DNA of 64,000 nucleotides from Nitrospirota bacterium (GTDB taxonomy: Bacteria; Nitrospirota; Nitrospiria; Nitrospirales; NS-4), in contig CAWBGA010000005.1 of NCBI GenBank assembly GCA_963788195.1, forward strand, positions 64,001 to 128,000, read 5' to 3'. The notes under the pieces are model-generated. The model had not been told where the DNA came from, did not search any database, and saw only the letters and a program-made list of their open reading frames with translations. Positions 52,242 through 62,339 of this stretch are shown here, one piece after another. Numbering within the stretch: the stretch's first letter is position 1; every line of letters starts with the position of its first letter. A program made the position numbers and the translations under genes.

Positions 52242-52324
52242 GCGAGAGTGGCGGAACTGGCAGACGCGCGAGACTTAGGATCTCGTGGGCAACCGTGGGG
52301 GTTCAAATCCCCCCTCTCGCACCA
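52242..52324 (+). tRNA. tRNA-Leu (TAG)
   Basis: GCGAGAG/CTCTCGC acceptor stem, anticodon arm CGAGA-CTTAGGA-TCTCG, GTTCAAATC T-loop, encoded CCA. Confidence 0.95.
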
Positions 52325-52361
52325 TTTCTCGCACAATGATGAATAACCTTAGGGCCGAGGC

Positions 52362-53662
52362 ATGAAACTGGAAGTCACCGAACTGGGGCCGGTCCAACGG
52401 TCCGTCAAAATTGAAGTGCCGGCGGAGGATGTGACCCAGCGATTCGACGCGGCCTATGCCGATTTGAAGCGCCGGGTGCATATTCCCGGTTTTCGTCCCG
52501 GCAAGGCCCCGTTGGCCATGCTTGAAAAGCGGTACGCGAAAGAAATCGAGGATGATGTGCTCCGACAACTGATTCCGGATTACTACCGCCGTGCGATGAA
52601 GGAGACTGGGTTTGATCCTGTCACGGTCGATATTCCTCCGTTGGAACGAATGAAGATCAAAAAGGGCGCTCCCCTCATCTTCACGACCACCGTCGAGATC
52701 AAACCAATTTTCGAGTTGCGGGAGTACAAAGGCCTGACTCTCAAACAGGACACGCGGACAATTGATGATGAGGAGTTGGCCAAGGCCATGCAGATCTTGC
52801 GGCAGCAACACGCTCAGTTGGAGGTGGTGCAAGAGGAGCGTGAGATTGCGGAGGGTGACTATGTGCAGGCGCGCATCGAGACATTTGAGGGCGCGGCGCC
52901 TTTGGAAGGAGTCAAGCCGGAAAACCATCTCATCCGGGTGGGGGACAAAGCGCCCGTCTCCGGTGTTGTGCTTGATGAGGTTCTTCTCGGGAAGAAAAAA
53001 GGCCAGATCGTGGAAGCGAAGCCTGCCGCAAGGCGCAGAGCCTACAAGCAGGAATCTGACCGTTCGCGCTACCATCTTAGAGCTCAAATCAAAGGTGCTT
53101 CCGGAACTTGATGACGAATTCGCGAAAGACCTCGGTGACTATAAGACATTGGACGAGCTGCGTGACAAGGTGAAAACGCAGTTGGAGCAGGGACTCCACC
53201 GAGACATTGAAGAGAAGTATAAGGATCAGCTCATGAAGCGGCTGGTGGACGTGCATCATTTCGAGTTGCCCGAGTCGCTGATACAGCGCGAACTCGACGC
53301 CATGATTCAAAATGCCCGCCAGCGTCGCCGGATGACCTGGGCGGAAGCACAGGGCGCGGGGGATGAGATGCCGACTGGAAGAAGCTCGCAAGCTGCGCGA
53401 GGAGTTTCTGCCGATGGCCAAAGAGCGAGTCCGGCTCGGGTTGGTGTTGGAAGCGATCGCCAAAAAAGAAGGAATTGCCGTCGCTGAATCGGACGTCGAA
53501 CATGAATGCCGTCTCATGGCCCGGGCAATGAAGGTCGACACGGCGGAAATCCAAAAGTTGCTGTTGAGCGGCGGCCAGGAAGCGGTTGAAGATTTGCGTT
53601 CGCGAATTCTTGCCGATAAAGCATTGCAATTCGTCTATCAAAAAGCCATTATTCAAATATAG
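52362..53662 (+). CDS. tig: Trigger factor, two frameshifts
   Basis: IPGFRPGKAP, LPELDDEFAK, RVRLGLVLEAIA across three frames; tRNA-Leu-tig-clpP-clpX synteny. Confidence 0.92.
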
Positions 53663-53710
53663 TGATGAGTCCTGTTCCCTATTTATTCTTTGCAAGATTG
53701 AGAGCAAGAC

Positions 53711-54385
53711 ATGAGAGAATCAGGCCAAATGCTTATTCCAATGGTGATCGAGCAGACAAACCGCGGGGAACGGGCCTATGACATCTATTCACGGTTACTG
53801 AAAGACCGGATTATTTTCGTCGGTACCCCCATTGACGACACCGTCTCCAACGTGATCATCGCGCAACTGCTGTTCCTCGAAGCCGAAGATCCGGAGAAGG
53901 ACATTAATATCTATGTCAATTCGCCCGGCGGGTTAGTCACCGCGGGTCTGGCGATCTACGATACGATGCAGTACGTCAAGCCATCGATTGCAACAATCTG
54001 CGTGGGGCAGGCCGCGAGTATGGGCTCCCTGCTTCTGACCGCGGGAACGAAGGGCAAGCGTTACGCCCTCCCGAACGCGCGGATCATGATCCACCAGCCG
54101 AGCGGCGGTTTTCAAGGGCAGGCGACCGATATCGGGATCCAGGCCGAGGAGATCATCAAGATTCGCAAGCGCCTTGACGAGATCATGGCCAAACATACCG
54201 GTCAAACGATTGAGCGCGTGCACCATGACTCTGAGCGGGACTATTTTCTTTCGGCGGAGGAGGCCAGGATCTATGGCCTTATCGACGAGGTCATTGTCCG
54301 GGTACCGAAAGAGCTGCGGCCCGTGAAGGACCTTAAGGACATGAAAATTACCACCGATAAGGATAAGGATAAAGATGGAAAATAG
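53711..54385 (+). CDS. clpP: ATP-dependent Clp protease proteolytic subunit
   Basis: [30 protein letters not shown]. Confidence 0.98.
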   Translation: MRESGQMLIPMVIEQTNRGERAYDIYSRLLKDRIIFVGTPIDDTVSNVIIAQLLFLEAEDPEKDINIYVNSPGGLVTAGLAIYDTMQYVKPSIATICVGQAASMGSLLLTAGTKGKRYALPNARIMIHQPSGGFQGQATDIGIQAEEIIKIRKRLDEIMAKHTGQTIERVHHDSERDYFLSAEEARIYGLIDEVIVRVPKELRPVKDLKDMKITTDKDKDKDGK

Positions 54386-54403
54386 GAGCGCGCAAAGACC
54401 CTA

Positions 54404-55654
54404 ATGCCCAAGCAAGAAAAGACAGAAGCCCAGCTGCGGTGCTCGTTTTGCGGAAAGGGGCGTGAAGAAGTTCGCAAGTTGATCGCGGGACCCACCGTGT
54501 ACATCTGCGATGAGTGCGTGGATCTGTGCAACGATATCATCGCCGAAGACCTCGAAGGGCGGCAGGAGACGATCTCGTCGAAGCTTCCGAAGCCGAAGGA
54601 GATCATGCGCACGCTGGACCAGTACGTCATCGGGCAGGAGCGCGCCAAGAAGGTCCTCTCCGTCGCCGTCCATAATCACTACAAGCGGATCAGCGCCAAC
54701 TCCATGGATGAAGTGGAGCTGCAGAAGGGCAACATTCTTCTGATCGGTCCCACCGGCACGGGTAAGACATTACTGGCGCAGACGCTGGCCCGTATCCTGG
54801 ACGTGCCGTTCACCATCGCCGATGCAACGACGTTAACTGAGGCGGGCTATGTCGGCGAGGATGTGGAAAACATCATTCTCAAGCTCCTCCAAGCCGCGGA
54901 TTACGATGTGGAGCGGACCGAACGCGGGATTGTCTACATCGATGAGATCGACAAGATCAGCCGCAAGAGCGACAGTCCTTCCATCACCCGCGATGTCTCC
55001 GGGGAAGGGGTCCAGCAGGCCTTGCTGAAGCTGATCGAGGGAACCGTGGCGAATGTTCCGCCGCAAGGCGGCCGGAAACATCCGCATCAGGAATTCATCC
55101 GGGTGGAAACGAGCAATATCCTGTTCATCTGCGGCGGCGCCTTCGTCGGCCTGGACATGATCGTGGGTCAGCGGCTCAACCAGAAATCGATCGGCTTCGG
55201 CGCCGAGGTCAAAGGCAAGAGCGAGCGGCGCATGGGGTACCTCTTATCCCAGGTTCAACCGGAGGATCTCCTCAAGTACGGGCTCATTCCGGAGTTTGTC
55301 GGCCGGCTCCCTGTGCTCGCGACGCTTGACGAATTGGATGAGAAGGCGCTGATTCGCATCATGACAGAGCCAAAGAACGCCCTGCTCAAACAGTACGAGA
55401 AGCTGTTAGCGTTCGACAAGGTCAAATTGCGGTTCACCGACAACGCCATCGTCGCGGTGGCGCGCAAGGCCTATAAGCAGAAGACCGGCGCGCGCGGCTT
55501 ACGTTCTATCCTGGAAGAGGTCATGCTGGACGTGATGTATGAGATTCCATCGCAACGCGAGATTCGCGAATGCGTCATTACCGAGGATGTCACCGAAGGC
55601 AAGTGTCCTCCGCTGCTGATCAAGGACCCCGAAAAGGGCGCCAAGTCCGCCTAG
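54404..55654 (+). CDS. clpX: ClpX ATPase
   Basis: CSFCGK zinc finger, [22 protein letters not shown] loop. Confidence 0.98.
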   Translation: MPKQEKTEAQLRCSFCGKGREEVRKLIAGPTVYICDECVDLCNDIIAEDLEGRQETISSKLPKPKEIMRTLDQYVIGQERAKKVLSVAVHNHYKRISANSMDEVELQKGNILLIGPTGTGKTLLAQTLARILDVPFTIADATTLTEAGYVGEDVENIILKLLQAADYDVERTERGIVYIDEIDKISRKSDSPSITRDVSGEGVQQALLKLIEGTVANVPPQGGRKHPHQEFIRVETSNILFICGGAFVGLDMIVGQRLNQKSIGFGAEVKGKSERRMGYLLSQVQPEDLLKYGLIPEFVGRLPVLATLDELDEKALIRIMTEPKNALLKQYEKLLAFDKVKLRFTDNAIVAVARKAYKQKTGARGLRSILEEVMLDVMYEIPSQREIRECVITEDVTEGKCPPLLIKDPEKGAKSA

Positions 55655-55742
55655 AGCGTCCGCCATTCGCGACCCCCCGCCTTCAGTCCGCGTCCAATCT
55701 TCCGGCGGCTTTGTACTTGTCAAAGGACTTCTCCTCTTCATC

Positions 55743-56417
55743 GTGGCGTGCACGGCCGCCCTCGGACTCTACTGGTATCTCACGTTCCCCGATGTCACGG
55801 CTCTCGCCAAGACCAATCCCCGTTCCACCGCCTTCATCGAGGCTCGGGCGAGAGAGGTAAAGGAGCAGGGTGGATCGGTCAGGCCACTGCGGATCTGGAT
55901 GCCGCTGTCGCGGATTTCCCCGCATCTACAGCGCGCCGTCATCATCGCCGAAGACGCATCATTTTATCACCACCACGGGTTTGACTGGGAGGGGATCAGA
56001 GACGCCGCCTCGCGCAACTGGGATCAGGGGGACGTACGCCGCGGAGGCAGCACCATCACTCAGCAACTTGCGAAGAATCTCTATCTTTCACCCGAAAAAA
56101 ACTACTTGCGGAAGATTCACGAAGCGATCATCACGCGGGTTCTGGAAAAGCGTTTGACCAAAAGGCGGATCCTCGAACTGTATTTGAATGTCGTGGAGTG
56201 GGGCGACGGAATCTATGGAGCCGAGGCCGCTGCGCGGCATCACTTCGGGAAGTTGGCGCAAGACCTGGACCGCGACGAAGCCGCCCTTCTCGCCGCTATT
56301 CTACCGTCGCCGCGCCGGTACGATCCTTTGCGGGTGACCACGTTTCTGACTAAACGACAACAGCAGATCCTCCGGTGGATGCCGGACGGCCCGATCCAGG
56401 TGAAGGACGCTGATTGA
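55743..56417 (+). CDS. mtgA: Monofunctional peptidoglycan transglycosylase
   Basis: AEDASFYHHHGFD, GGSTITQQLAKNL, RILELYLN; start uncertain. Confidence 0.88.
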   Translation: MACTAALGLYWYLTFPDVTALAKTNPRSTAFIEARAREVKEQGGSVRPLRIWMPLSRISPHLQRAVIIAEDASFYHHHGFDWEGIRDAASRNWDQGDVRRGGSTITQQLAKNLYLSPEKNYLRKIHEAIITRVLEKRLTKRRILELYLNVVEWGDGIYGAEAAARHHFGKLAQDLDRDEAALLAAILPSPRRYDPLRVTTFLTKRQQQILRWMPDGPIQVKDAD

Positions 56418-56426
56418 GGAGACCAT

Positions 56427-56747
56427 ATGGCTTGGCTGAATCTATTGATCGCAGGTGTGTTTGAAGTCGTCTGGGCGATCGGTTTAAAGTATACAGAAGG
56501 GTTCACGAGGCTCTGGCCGAGCGTTGTGACCCTTGCCGCCATGGTTGCCAGCATCGTTTTTCTGGCGCAGGCGCTAAGGTCGATTCCCCTTGGAACCGGC
56601 TATGCGGTCTGGACAGGTATTGGAGCGGTTGGTACGGCCATTTTCGGCATCGTTCTGTTCGGAGAATCCCGAAATCTCCTCCGGCTTACTTCCATTATGG
56701 TGATCGTCATAGGAATCATCGGTCTGCGGTTGACTTCGCTCGAGTAA
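56427..56747 (+). CDS. sugE: SMR exporter SugE/Gdx
   Basis: [33 protein letters not shown]. Confidence 0.88.
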   Translation: MAWLNLLIAGVFEVVWAIGLKYTEGFTRLWPSVVTLAAMVASIVFLAQALRSIPLGTGYAVWTGIGAVGTAIFGIVLFGESRNLLRLTSIMVIVIGIIGLRLTSLE

Positions 56748-56758
56748 CGAGCCGGGAG

Positions 56759-57832
56759 TCATTTTAATTTCTCGATTCGCAGGCCGATGAGCCGGATCAA
56801 TTTCGACTCCGGATTCTCGCGGCTATCCAGAAACGGCATCAGAAGCTTGAGCGCCTCAAACTCCAAGATCGTGGAAGTGCCGGCCGCCCCGTCCATCGTG
56901 TGAGATCGAGAGCACGTTTTAAAATCCGCAAAGCGCACCGTGACGGTCACTGTGCGAAAGCCGGTCAAACCTCCCTCCAGGAGGCGCAAACAGAGACTCT
57001 CGCACATGGATTTCAGCCGCTCGGCGATGAAACCGGACTCCAGAGAGTCCCGTGCAAAAGTCTCCTGCTCGCTGATGGATTTCGTTTCGGAGTCGGCCTC
57101 AACCGGCGTCTCGTCCTGGGCACGCGCCCTGTCGTACACATCGAGGCCTCGCTTGCCAAGCCGTTCCTGTAACTCATGACGCGAGAACCGCTTTAAATCA
57201 CTGATCAACCGGACGCCCTCTCTCGCAAACGCGAGTTCCGTCTTGGGCCCGATGCCGGGAATTCTGCGGACCGGAAGGGACGCAAGAAAAGCTTGCGCGT
57301 CCTCTTCCCGCACGATCGTGAGGCCGTCAGGCTTATGCCGATCGGAGGCGATTTTCGCTACGAGTTTATTGGGACCGAGTCCTATCGACGCGCTAAGCCG
57401 TTCCTCGGCGGTGATGGCCTGCTTGATTTCGAGACTGACTGCTTCCGCTTTCTCAAACGACGCCGTGTATGTGAGATCGAGAAACGCTTCGTCGATGCCC
57501 GCTTCTTCCACCGTCGGCGCAAAACGCCGGAGGATATTCATGACCCGCCCGGATACCGCGCGATACTTCTCCATGTTGACGCTCAGGAACGTGACGGGTG
57601 GCTTGCCCTGTCGGCGCGCAGCTTCCGAAAGCCTCCAGGCCCTGGAGATGGGAAGCGCCGAGCGTATGCCGTATTCGCGGGCTTTATAATTGGCGGTAGA
57701 GACGACCCCGCGCCCTGTGCCGTCTTGAGGGTCCGAGCCCACCACGATCGGCAGGCCTTGAAAACGCGGCGTATCCCGCTCTTCAACGGCAGCGAAGAAC
57801 GCATCCATGTCGAGATGAGCAATGATGCGCAT
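56759..57832 (-). CDS. dinB: DNA polymerase IV
   Basis: HLDMDAFFAAVE, ANYKAREYG, GIDEAFLD, KIASD..KPDG, IPGIG. Confidence 0.93.
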   Translation of the reverse strand: MRIIAHLDMDAFFAAVEERDTPRFQGLPIVVGSDPQDGTGRGVVSTANYKAREYGIRSALPISRAWRLSEAARRQGKPPVTFLSVNMEKYRAVSGRVMNILRRFAPTVEEAGIDEAFLDLTYTASFEKAEAVSLEIKQAITAEERLSASIGLGPNKLVAKIASDRHKPDGLTIVREEDAQAFLASLPVRRIPGIGPKTELAFAREGVRLISDLKRFSRHELQERLGKRGLDVYDRARAQDETPVEADSETKSISEQETFARDSLESGFIAERLKSMCESLCLRLLEGGLTGFRTVTVTVRFADFKTCSRSHTMDGAAGTSTILEFEALKLLMPFLDSRENPESKLIRLIGLRIEKLK

Positions 57833-57849
57833 GATGATTTGATTGTACG

Positions 57850-58015
57850 CGCGGGTCCTGTCCCCAATCAGCCCGGGCAGTCAGTGCGGGTCCTGCCACC
57901 AGTCACCCCCATCGGCTTCGCGAAGCGACTGCAGGCGACGGGGGCCCCCGACTGGTGTCACCCGCATCGACTGCAAGGAAATAAGTGCACGGGTCCCGCT
58001 CGGGACACCCGCTGG
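57850..58015 (+). repeat. Family-2 nested repeat copy
   Basis: GCGGGTCCTG..., GTGTCACCCGCATC..TGCAAGG.AA.AAGTGC and CCCGCTCGG..CACCCGC shared with 60345-60900. Confidence 0.75.
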
Positions 58016-58047
58016 ACCTGTATCATTATGCGCTATGGGAAGAAGAG

Positions 58048-58133
58048 AAAAAGGGGACAGGCTATTTATCTCCCTGGACGAACTACTTCAGCGCCTCGGG
58101 TTAAGACAGAGAAACAAATCTGTCCCCTTTTTT
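58048..58133. repeat. Inverted GGGGACAG doublet (REP/REPIN-like)
   Basis: AAAAAGGGGACAG ... CTGTCCCCTTTTT. Confidence 0.75.
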
Positions 58134-58155
58134 GAACTAGGTAACGAAGGACGAA

Positions 58156-58704
58156 CTACAAGAGGTGCGTGAGAATTTCCCGCCAGGTTTTTACGCGCAT
58201 GACATTGGGATGAGTAAGGGGTTGGCTATTCCAAGGGCGCGTCATCAGAAAAACCTGCGCGCCGGTTTCGGCGATCCGATGGGCATGCTCATGCCGGTCT
58301 TCAACGAACGCCTGATAGGGAATACCGAGCGCGTGCTTTTCGTCATTGAAATGAAGCTGGTCGTAGGGAATGCCTTTTCTTCGCAGCCAGTGCTCGGTCC
58401 CCGCTTTCGACGCCGGGTTCCGGCTTGTCACCAGTGCGATCTGGAATCGCTTTGCCAGTGACATCAAAGCGGCCTTCGCTCCGGGAATCACCTTGAGTGT
58501 GCGGCAAAGGTCACTATTGAAGACCTCAAACAACTCAGTGAGCTGCGCCTGCGTGACGCCGTATGCCGAGTAATCATATTCAGTGATGTCTTCCTGTTCC
58601 AGGCCTATGAGAAACTTAAGTCGTATCGCCTCGCGCAAGCAGGCATCGGATTGAGCCAGCACATTGTCGATGTCCACGCCGAGGATTGGTTTCTCTTGCA
58701 CCAT
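58156..58704 (-). CDS. HAD-family 5'(3')-nucleotidase, NT5C-like
   Basis: GVDIDNVLA, LVTSR, FVEDR, RPWN. Confidence 0.8.
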   Translation of the reverse strand: MVQEKPILGVDIDNVLAQSDACLREAIRLKFLIGLEQEDITEYDYSAYGVTQAQLTELFEVFNSDLCRTLKVIPGAKAALMSLAKRFQIALVTSRNPASKAGTEHWLRRKGIPYDQLHFNDEKHALGIPYQAFVEDRHEHAHRIAETGAQVFLMTRPWNSQPLTHPNVMRVKTWREILTHLL

Positions 58705-58718
58705 GGCCCGTAGTGTTC

Positions 58719-59480
58719 TTACTGCAATCCGGATTTTGCAAGCAGACGGACGTGGTCATCAGGATCGCCAAGAGCACGGGTGAGAGCTTCCCGTGCCGTA
58801 GAGTCCCCGATTTTTCCCAGATGGAAAGCCGCTTCGATTCGCACGCCTGGACTGGGGTCCGTCTTGAGCACACGAGCAAGAGATGCGGCCGCATCCTGAT
58901 CGGCAATGTCGGCGACAGCCGCCACCGCCCATCGGCGAACAATGGGGTCTTGATCGTGAAGCAATGGGCCCACAATCGCGGAACTTCCGACAATGGCCAT
59001 GCCCCCTAAGGCGGCCGCCGCGAGGCGCTTGCTATCGCTGGTGGTATCCTGCGCGAGGAGCCGTGCCTCCAAACGTTGAAGACTGGTACCGGCCTCACCC
59101 GTCCGGCCTAAAGCTGGTGAGGCACTCTCACGTACGCCGGGGTCGGCATCGAAAAGCAGCGGGATCAAAGCATGGCGCGCCAATGTGCTTTCATTACCGA
59201 TCATGCCCACGGCCCATGCCGCCTGGCGTCGAACGCCGGGAGCGGGATCGTTCAACGCCTCGATCAGAGCCGGGAGCGCCTCTATCCGGCCGATCTTTCC
59301 CAGCGATTGTGCGGCGGTTTGGCGTTGCGACGGGTCCGGATCTTTAAGAACCTGGAGCAACAGGAGGACGGCCTTCTCCGGAACAGGCTCAGTGTAATCT
59401 GTGGAAACAATGCAGCCCGGTAGGCCCAGCCCAGCCAGCAGCAATATCCCACCGGTGACAAGGCGGGATGTTCCAAGCAC
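58719..59480 (-). CDS. HEAT-repeat lipoprotein
   Basis: LPGC lipobox; repeated LxDxDPxVRxxAAxxLG. Confidence 0.8.
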   Translation of the reverse strand: MLGTSRLVTGGILLLAGLGLPGCIVSTDYTEPVPEKAVLLLLQVLKDPDPSQRQTAAQSLGKIGRIEALPALIEALNDPAPGVRRQAAWAVGMIGNESTLARHALIPLLFDADPGVRESASPALGRTGEAGTSLQRLEARLLAQDTTSDSKRLAAAALGGMAIVGSSAIVGPLLHDQDPIVRRWAVAAVADIADQDAAASLARVLKTDPSPGVRIEAAFHLGKIGDSTAREALTRALGDPDDHVRLLAKSGLQ

Positions 59481-59482
59481 GG

Positions 59483-60292
59483 CTAACCGGATTTCTGCGG
59501 TGGCTCGTCAAGCTTCGGCGCTTGCTTGACCTGATCGATACTGGCCTGGATTTCTTTTTGGGCCGCTTCCATCTCGGCCTTGATGGTGTGCATTTCAGGG
59601 TCTACAGCCCGGCGGACATCGTTTGCAGCTTCTCGAAACGTGCGGAGCGCATCGCCAAGACCGGCGCCGATCGCCTGCAGATCCTGAGGGGTTGGTCCCT
59701 TGCCGGCCGCGTGCGTTGGATGAGCGCTTGCGTGCGGCACGAGCGCCGGATCGGAGATACCGGCCGCTTCGGCAGCCTGGGAATCCTTGGTTTTCATCGC
59801 GGCTTGCTGTTTCATCACCCGGTTGACGGCGTCCTTATTCACGACAGCTTTAAAGGCTGGTTCCTGCGTGGCTGCGCCAGGGTCGGCTGTTGGACTCCCG
59901 GTGGAAGGTGGAGGAGGCGCCGCCGGAGGGGGCGCCACAGGTTTCCACGACTGTTGTGCGACCATATAGGCAGTGGTCCCCGGCGTGGCCGCCGGGCCCA
60001 TCTGTGGTGGGACCGGGGCTGGGCCGGGTGGCGGCCCCATCGCAGTAGATGCCGGTGCAGATGTTGGACCCGCTGTCGCCTGGGTCGGCGTAGGAGGAAC
60101 CACATGCGCATCCGTTGCTTGGGCCTGCTCGGGAGACGCGATCGGCTCCTCTGCCTCGCGAATCTCTTTTTTAAAGCCCTTCAGAGCTTTCCCCATTCCT
60201 TCGCCGATCTTCGGTAGTTTCCCAGCGCCGAAGATGATCAAGACGATCACGAGGATTAGGATAAGTTCGGTAATGCCTAAAGATCCAAACAT
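59483..60292 (-). CDS. tatA: TatA/E subunit with long C-terminal extension
   Basis: [41 protein letters not shown]. Confidence 0.85.
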   Translation of the reverse strand: MFGSLGITELILILVIVLIIFGAGKLPKIGEGMGKALKGFKKEIREAEEPIASPEQAQATDAHVVPPTPTQATAGPTSAPASTAMGPPPGPAPVPPQMGPAATPGTTAYMVAQQSWKPVAPPPAAPPPPSTGSPTADPGAATQEPAFKAVVNKDAVNRVMKQQAAMKTKDSQAAEAAGISDPALVPHASAHPTHAAGKGPTPQDLQAIGAGLGDALRTFREAANDVRRAVDPEMHTIKAEMEAAQKEIQASIDQVKQAPKLDEPPQKSG

Positions 60293-60344
60293 AGAGATTA
60301 CTGTACCCGGCTGTTTCGAAGGCTGTCAAGGATGGCTCCGATTT

Positions 60345-60900
60345 GGGTGCGGGTCCTGTCGCCGAGCAGCCCGGCCGTGCTCGCTCCCGAAGCCCAAGTC
60401 GCTGCGCTCGGCCCGGGCCTCCGCTCGGCGCCCCCCGCACGCAAATCTACGCTGAGTGAAGGTCGGGTCGGGGTGCGGGGCCTGTCGCCGAGCAGCCCAG
60501 CCCTGCTCGCTCCCGAAGCCCCAAGTCGCTGCGCTCGGCCATGTGGAAAAGGACGCGTCTTGGCGCGTCCAGGGTGGGCGGGTGCAATGGCCCCGCTCGG
60601 CGCCACCCGCTCACCAAATCTACGCTGAGTGAAGGTCGGGTCGGGGTGCGGGGCCTGTCGCCGAGCAGCCCAGCCCTGCTCGCTCCCGAAGCCCAAGTCG
60701 CTGCGCTCGGCCATGTGGAAAAGGACGCGTCTTGGCGCGTCCAGGGTGGGCGGGTGCAATGGCCCCGCTCGGTGCCACCCACACGACTCGTGTCACCCGC
60801 ATCTGCAAGGTAACAAGTGCTGGTTTCCCGTTCGGCGCCACCCGCAACCAAATCTGCGCTGACTGAAGGTCGGATCGGGTGCGGGTCCTGTCGGCGAACC
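60345..60900 (+). repeat. Tandem family-2 repeat array (~173-bp units) with module A nested in two units
   Basis: CAAATCT.CGCTGA.TGAAGGTCGG at 60442, 60615 and 60849; GGACGCG-TCTTGG-CGCGTCC at 60551 and 60723. Confidence 0.92.
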
Positions 60901-60963
60901 CTGCCGTGCTTGGCGTTTCTGTAAATTGACTCCCCTTCGTTTCCCCGCTACCCTGACGCCTTC

Positions 60964-61383
60964 ATGAACGACGACTTTCGCATTACGTTCTTCTTTGGAC
61001 CCGATGCCGTTCCCGATCGTCCGGACGTCCGCATGTGTGTTTTCAATGTCAAGAAGCGAAGCTGGAAGGGCGGGGTGCAGGTCGGCGTCGAGTTGACAGA
61101 CGAACAACTGACACGGTTGCGACAGATGGGTCAGCTGGATGAGCTGATCGAGATGATTCGCGCCAAAGCCGACCCGGAAGATTTTACCGAGCATGAGCGA
61201 CACGCCCGCGATCTTTTCGTTCAGAACGTATGCTGGGCCAAGCTTGATCTTGCGATCGCGTCCGGCATAACCCAGGAGAATCAAACGATCGCCGCACCCG
61301 CACTCATGGATGAGCTGGAACGGCAAGTGCTGTCAGGAAGGGGCAGGATTCATGAGTCCATTCTCTCGGACCTGGATCTCTAG
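60964..61383 (+). CDS. Hypothetical protein
   Basis: Clean 139-aa ORF with typical composition. Confidence 0.6.
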   Translation: MNDDFRITFFFGPDAVPDRPDVRMCVFNVKKRSWKGGVQVGVELTDEQLTRLRQMGQLDELIEMIRAKADPEDFTEHERHARDLFVQNVCWAKLDLAIASGITQENQTIAAPALMDELERQVLSGRGRIHESILSDLDL

Positions 61384-61384
61384 G

Positions 61385-62233
61385 GTGCCTAACAAACGAC
61401 TGCGATCCAAGGCTGAAGCCTATAAACAGACCGAACAACGAGCGTGGAACAACTTCTCCCGCCGCTACACCAAGGTCGCCCTTCATGAGTTCAAACCGTA
61501 TGGGGATCGCCTGATCAAGTTGGCGCAGGTGCGCCGGGGCATGTGGGTCCTTGATGTCGCGACTGGGCCGGGGGAGCCGGCGCTGACAATAGCCCCGCTG
61601 GTCGCTCCCGGAGGCCTGGTGCTGGGCATTGATTTTTCATCGACGATGCTGAGGACGGCAGCCGCCCGGGCTCGGGAGTCCGGTATTTGTAATGTGCAAT
61701 TTCAGCGCATGGACGCGGAGCGATTGAACCTTCCCGATATGATGTTCGACCGCGTGTTTTCCCGCTTTGGGCTCATGTTGATGCCCGATGCAGACCAGGC
61801 TCTTGCCGAGATGTATCGTGTCTTGGTACCCGAGGGCCGCGCGGTCGTCGCGGTGTGGAGCGCCAAGACAAAGGTCAATACTCTCGGAATCGTGCGCGAG
61901 GCGCTTGTTCGATACAACGCATTTACTCCTCCCATCGGCGCCCCCGATTTTTTTCGCTTCGGAAAAGCAGGCGCTCTCGAGCGGGCTCTCCGAACCGCAG
62001 GCTTTCGAGATATCCGAAGCGAGCGTATGACGCGCGAATGGGTCTTCGCGAATCCGGATGAGTTTTGGAACTCGATGAAGGAAGGACCGTCTCTCAAACG
62101 GGCACTCGCCGGGCTGTCCGAATCTCGACGGCAGGCGATCAAAGAAACGGTCGTGCATCGGCTGAGGCGTTTTATCAAACGCGGCGCCCTGCGGATTCCC
62201 AACGAAGCAGTCCTCGGGGTCGGGTACAAATGA
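61385..62233 (+). CDS. Class I SAM-dependent methyltransferase (UbiE-like)
   Basis: VLDVATGPG, GIDFS, MDAERL, FGLM; start uncertain. Confidence 0.85.
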   Translation: MPNKRLRSKAEAYKQTEQRAWNNFSRRYTKVALHEFKPYGDRLIKLAQVRRGMWVLDVATGPGEPALTIAPLVAPGGLVLGIDFSSTMLRTAAARARESGICNVQFQRMDAERLNLPDMMFDRVFSRFGLMLMPDADQALAEMYRVLVPEGRAVVAVWSAKTKVNTLGIVREALVRYNAFTPPIGAPDFFRFGKAGALERALRTAGFRDIRSERMTREWVFANPDEFWNSMKEGPSLKRALAGLSESRRQAIKETVVHRLRRFIKRGALRIPNEAVLGVGYK

Positions 62234-62339
62234 ATCCTGACCTGCCCTTTTTCTTGAATTGCAGGAGAATCTTATATATAAAGATTGTTGGTATACTCTC
62301 CATGTCTTCTGAAATTCCATCTACCAAAGGAGAATATAG

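Noticed and set aside
52242..52362. Prophage or island integrated at tRNA-Leu
   Set aside because: tig follows directly, and no duplicated tRNA 3' end or integrase was found
52362..53662. Programmed frameshifting or mass pseudogenisation (tig, PP2C, DHOR, OmpA, OMP, YihY and others)
   Set aside because: Scattered single-base indels in unrelated genes, including conserved tig, with otherwise intact motifs and no consistent slippery site fit sequencing error better; read polishing would decide
56400..56427. Guanidine riboswitch upstream of sugE
   Set aside because: Only ~9 bp separate mtgA and sugE, and no ykkC or ACGR hairpin motifs are seen
60298..60862. ORFs translated from repeat clusters (also 14657-14881, 18072-18360, 44754-45180, 49682-49969)
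   Set aside because: They are by-products of stop-poor GC-rich repeats, with no RBS or domain motifs
60345..60900. CRISPR array
   Set aside because: Units are ~173 bp with near-identical interiors, no unique spacers and no cas genes
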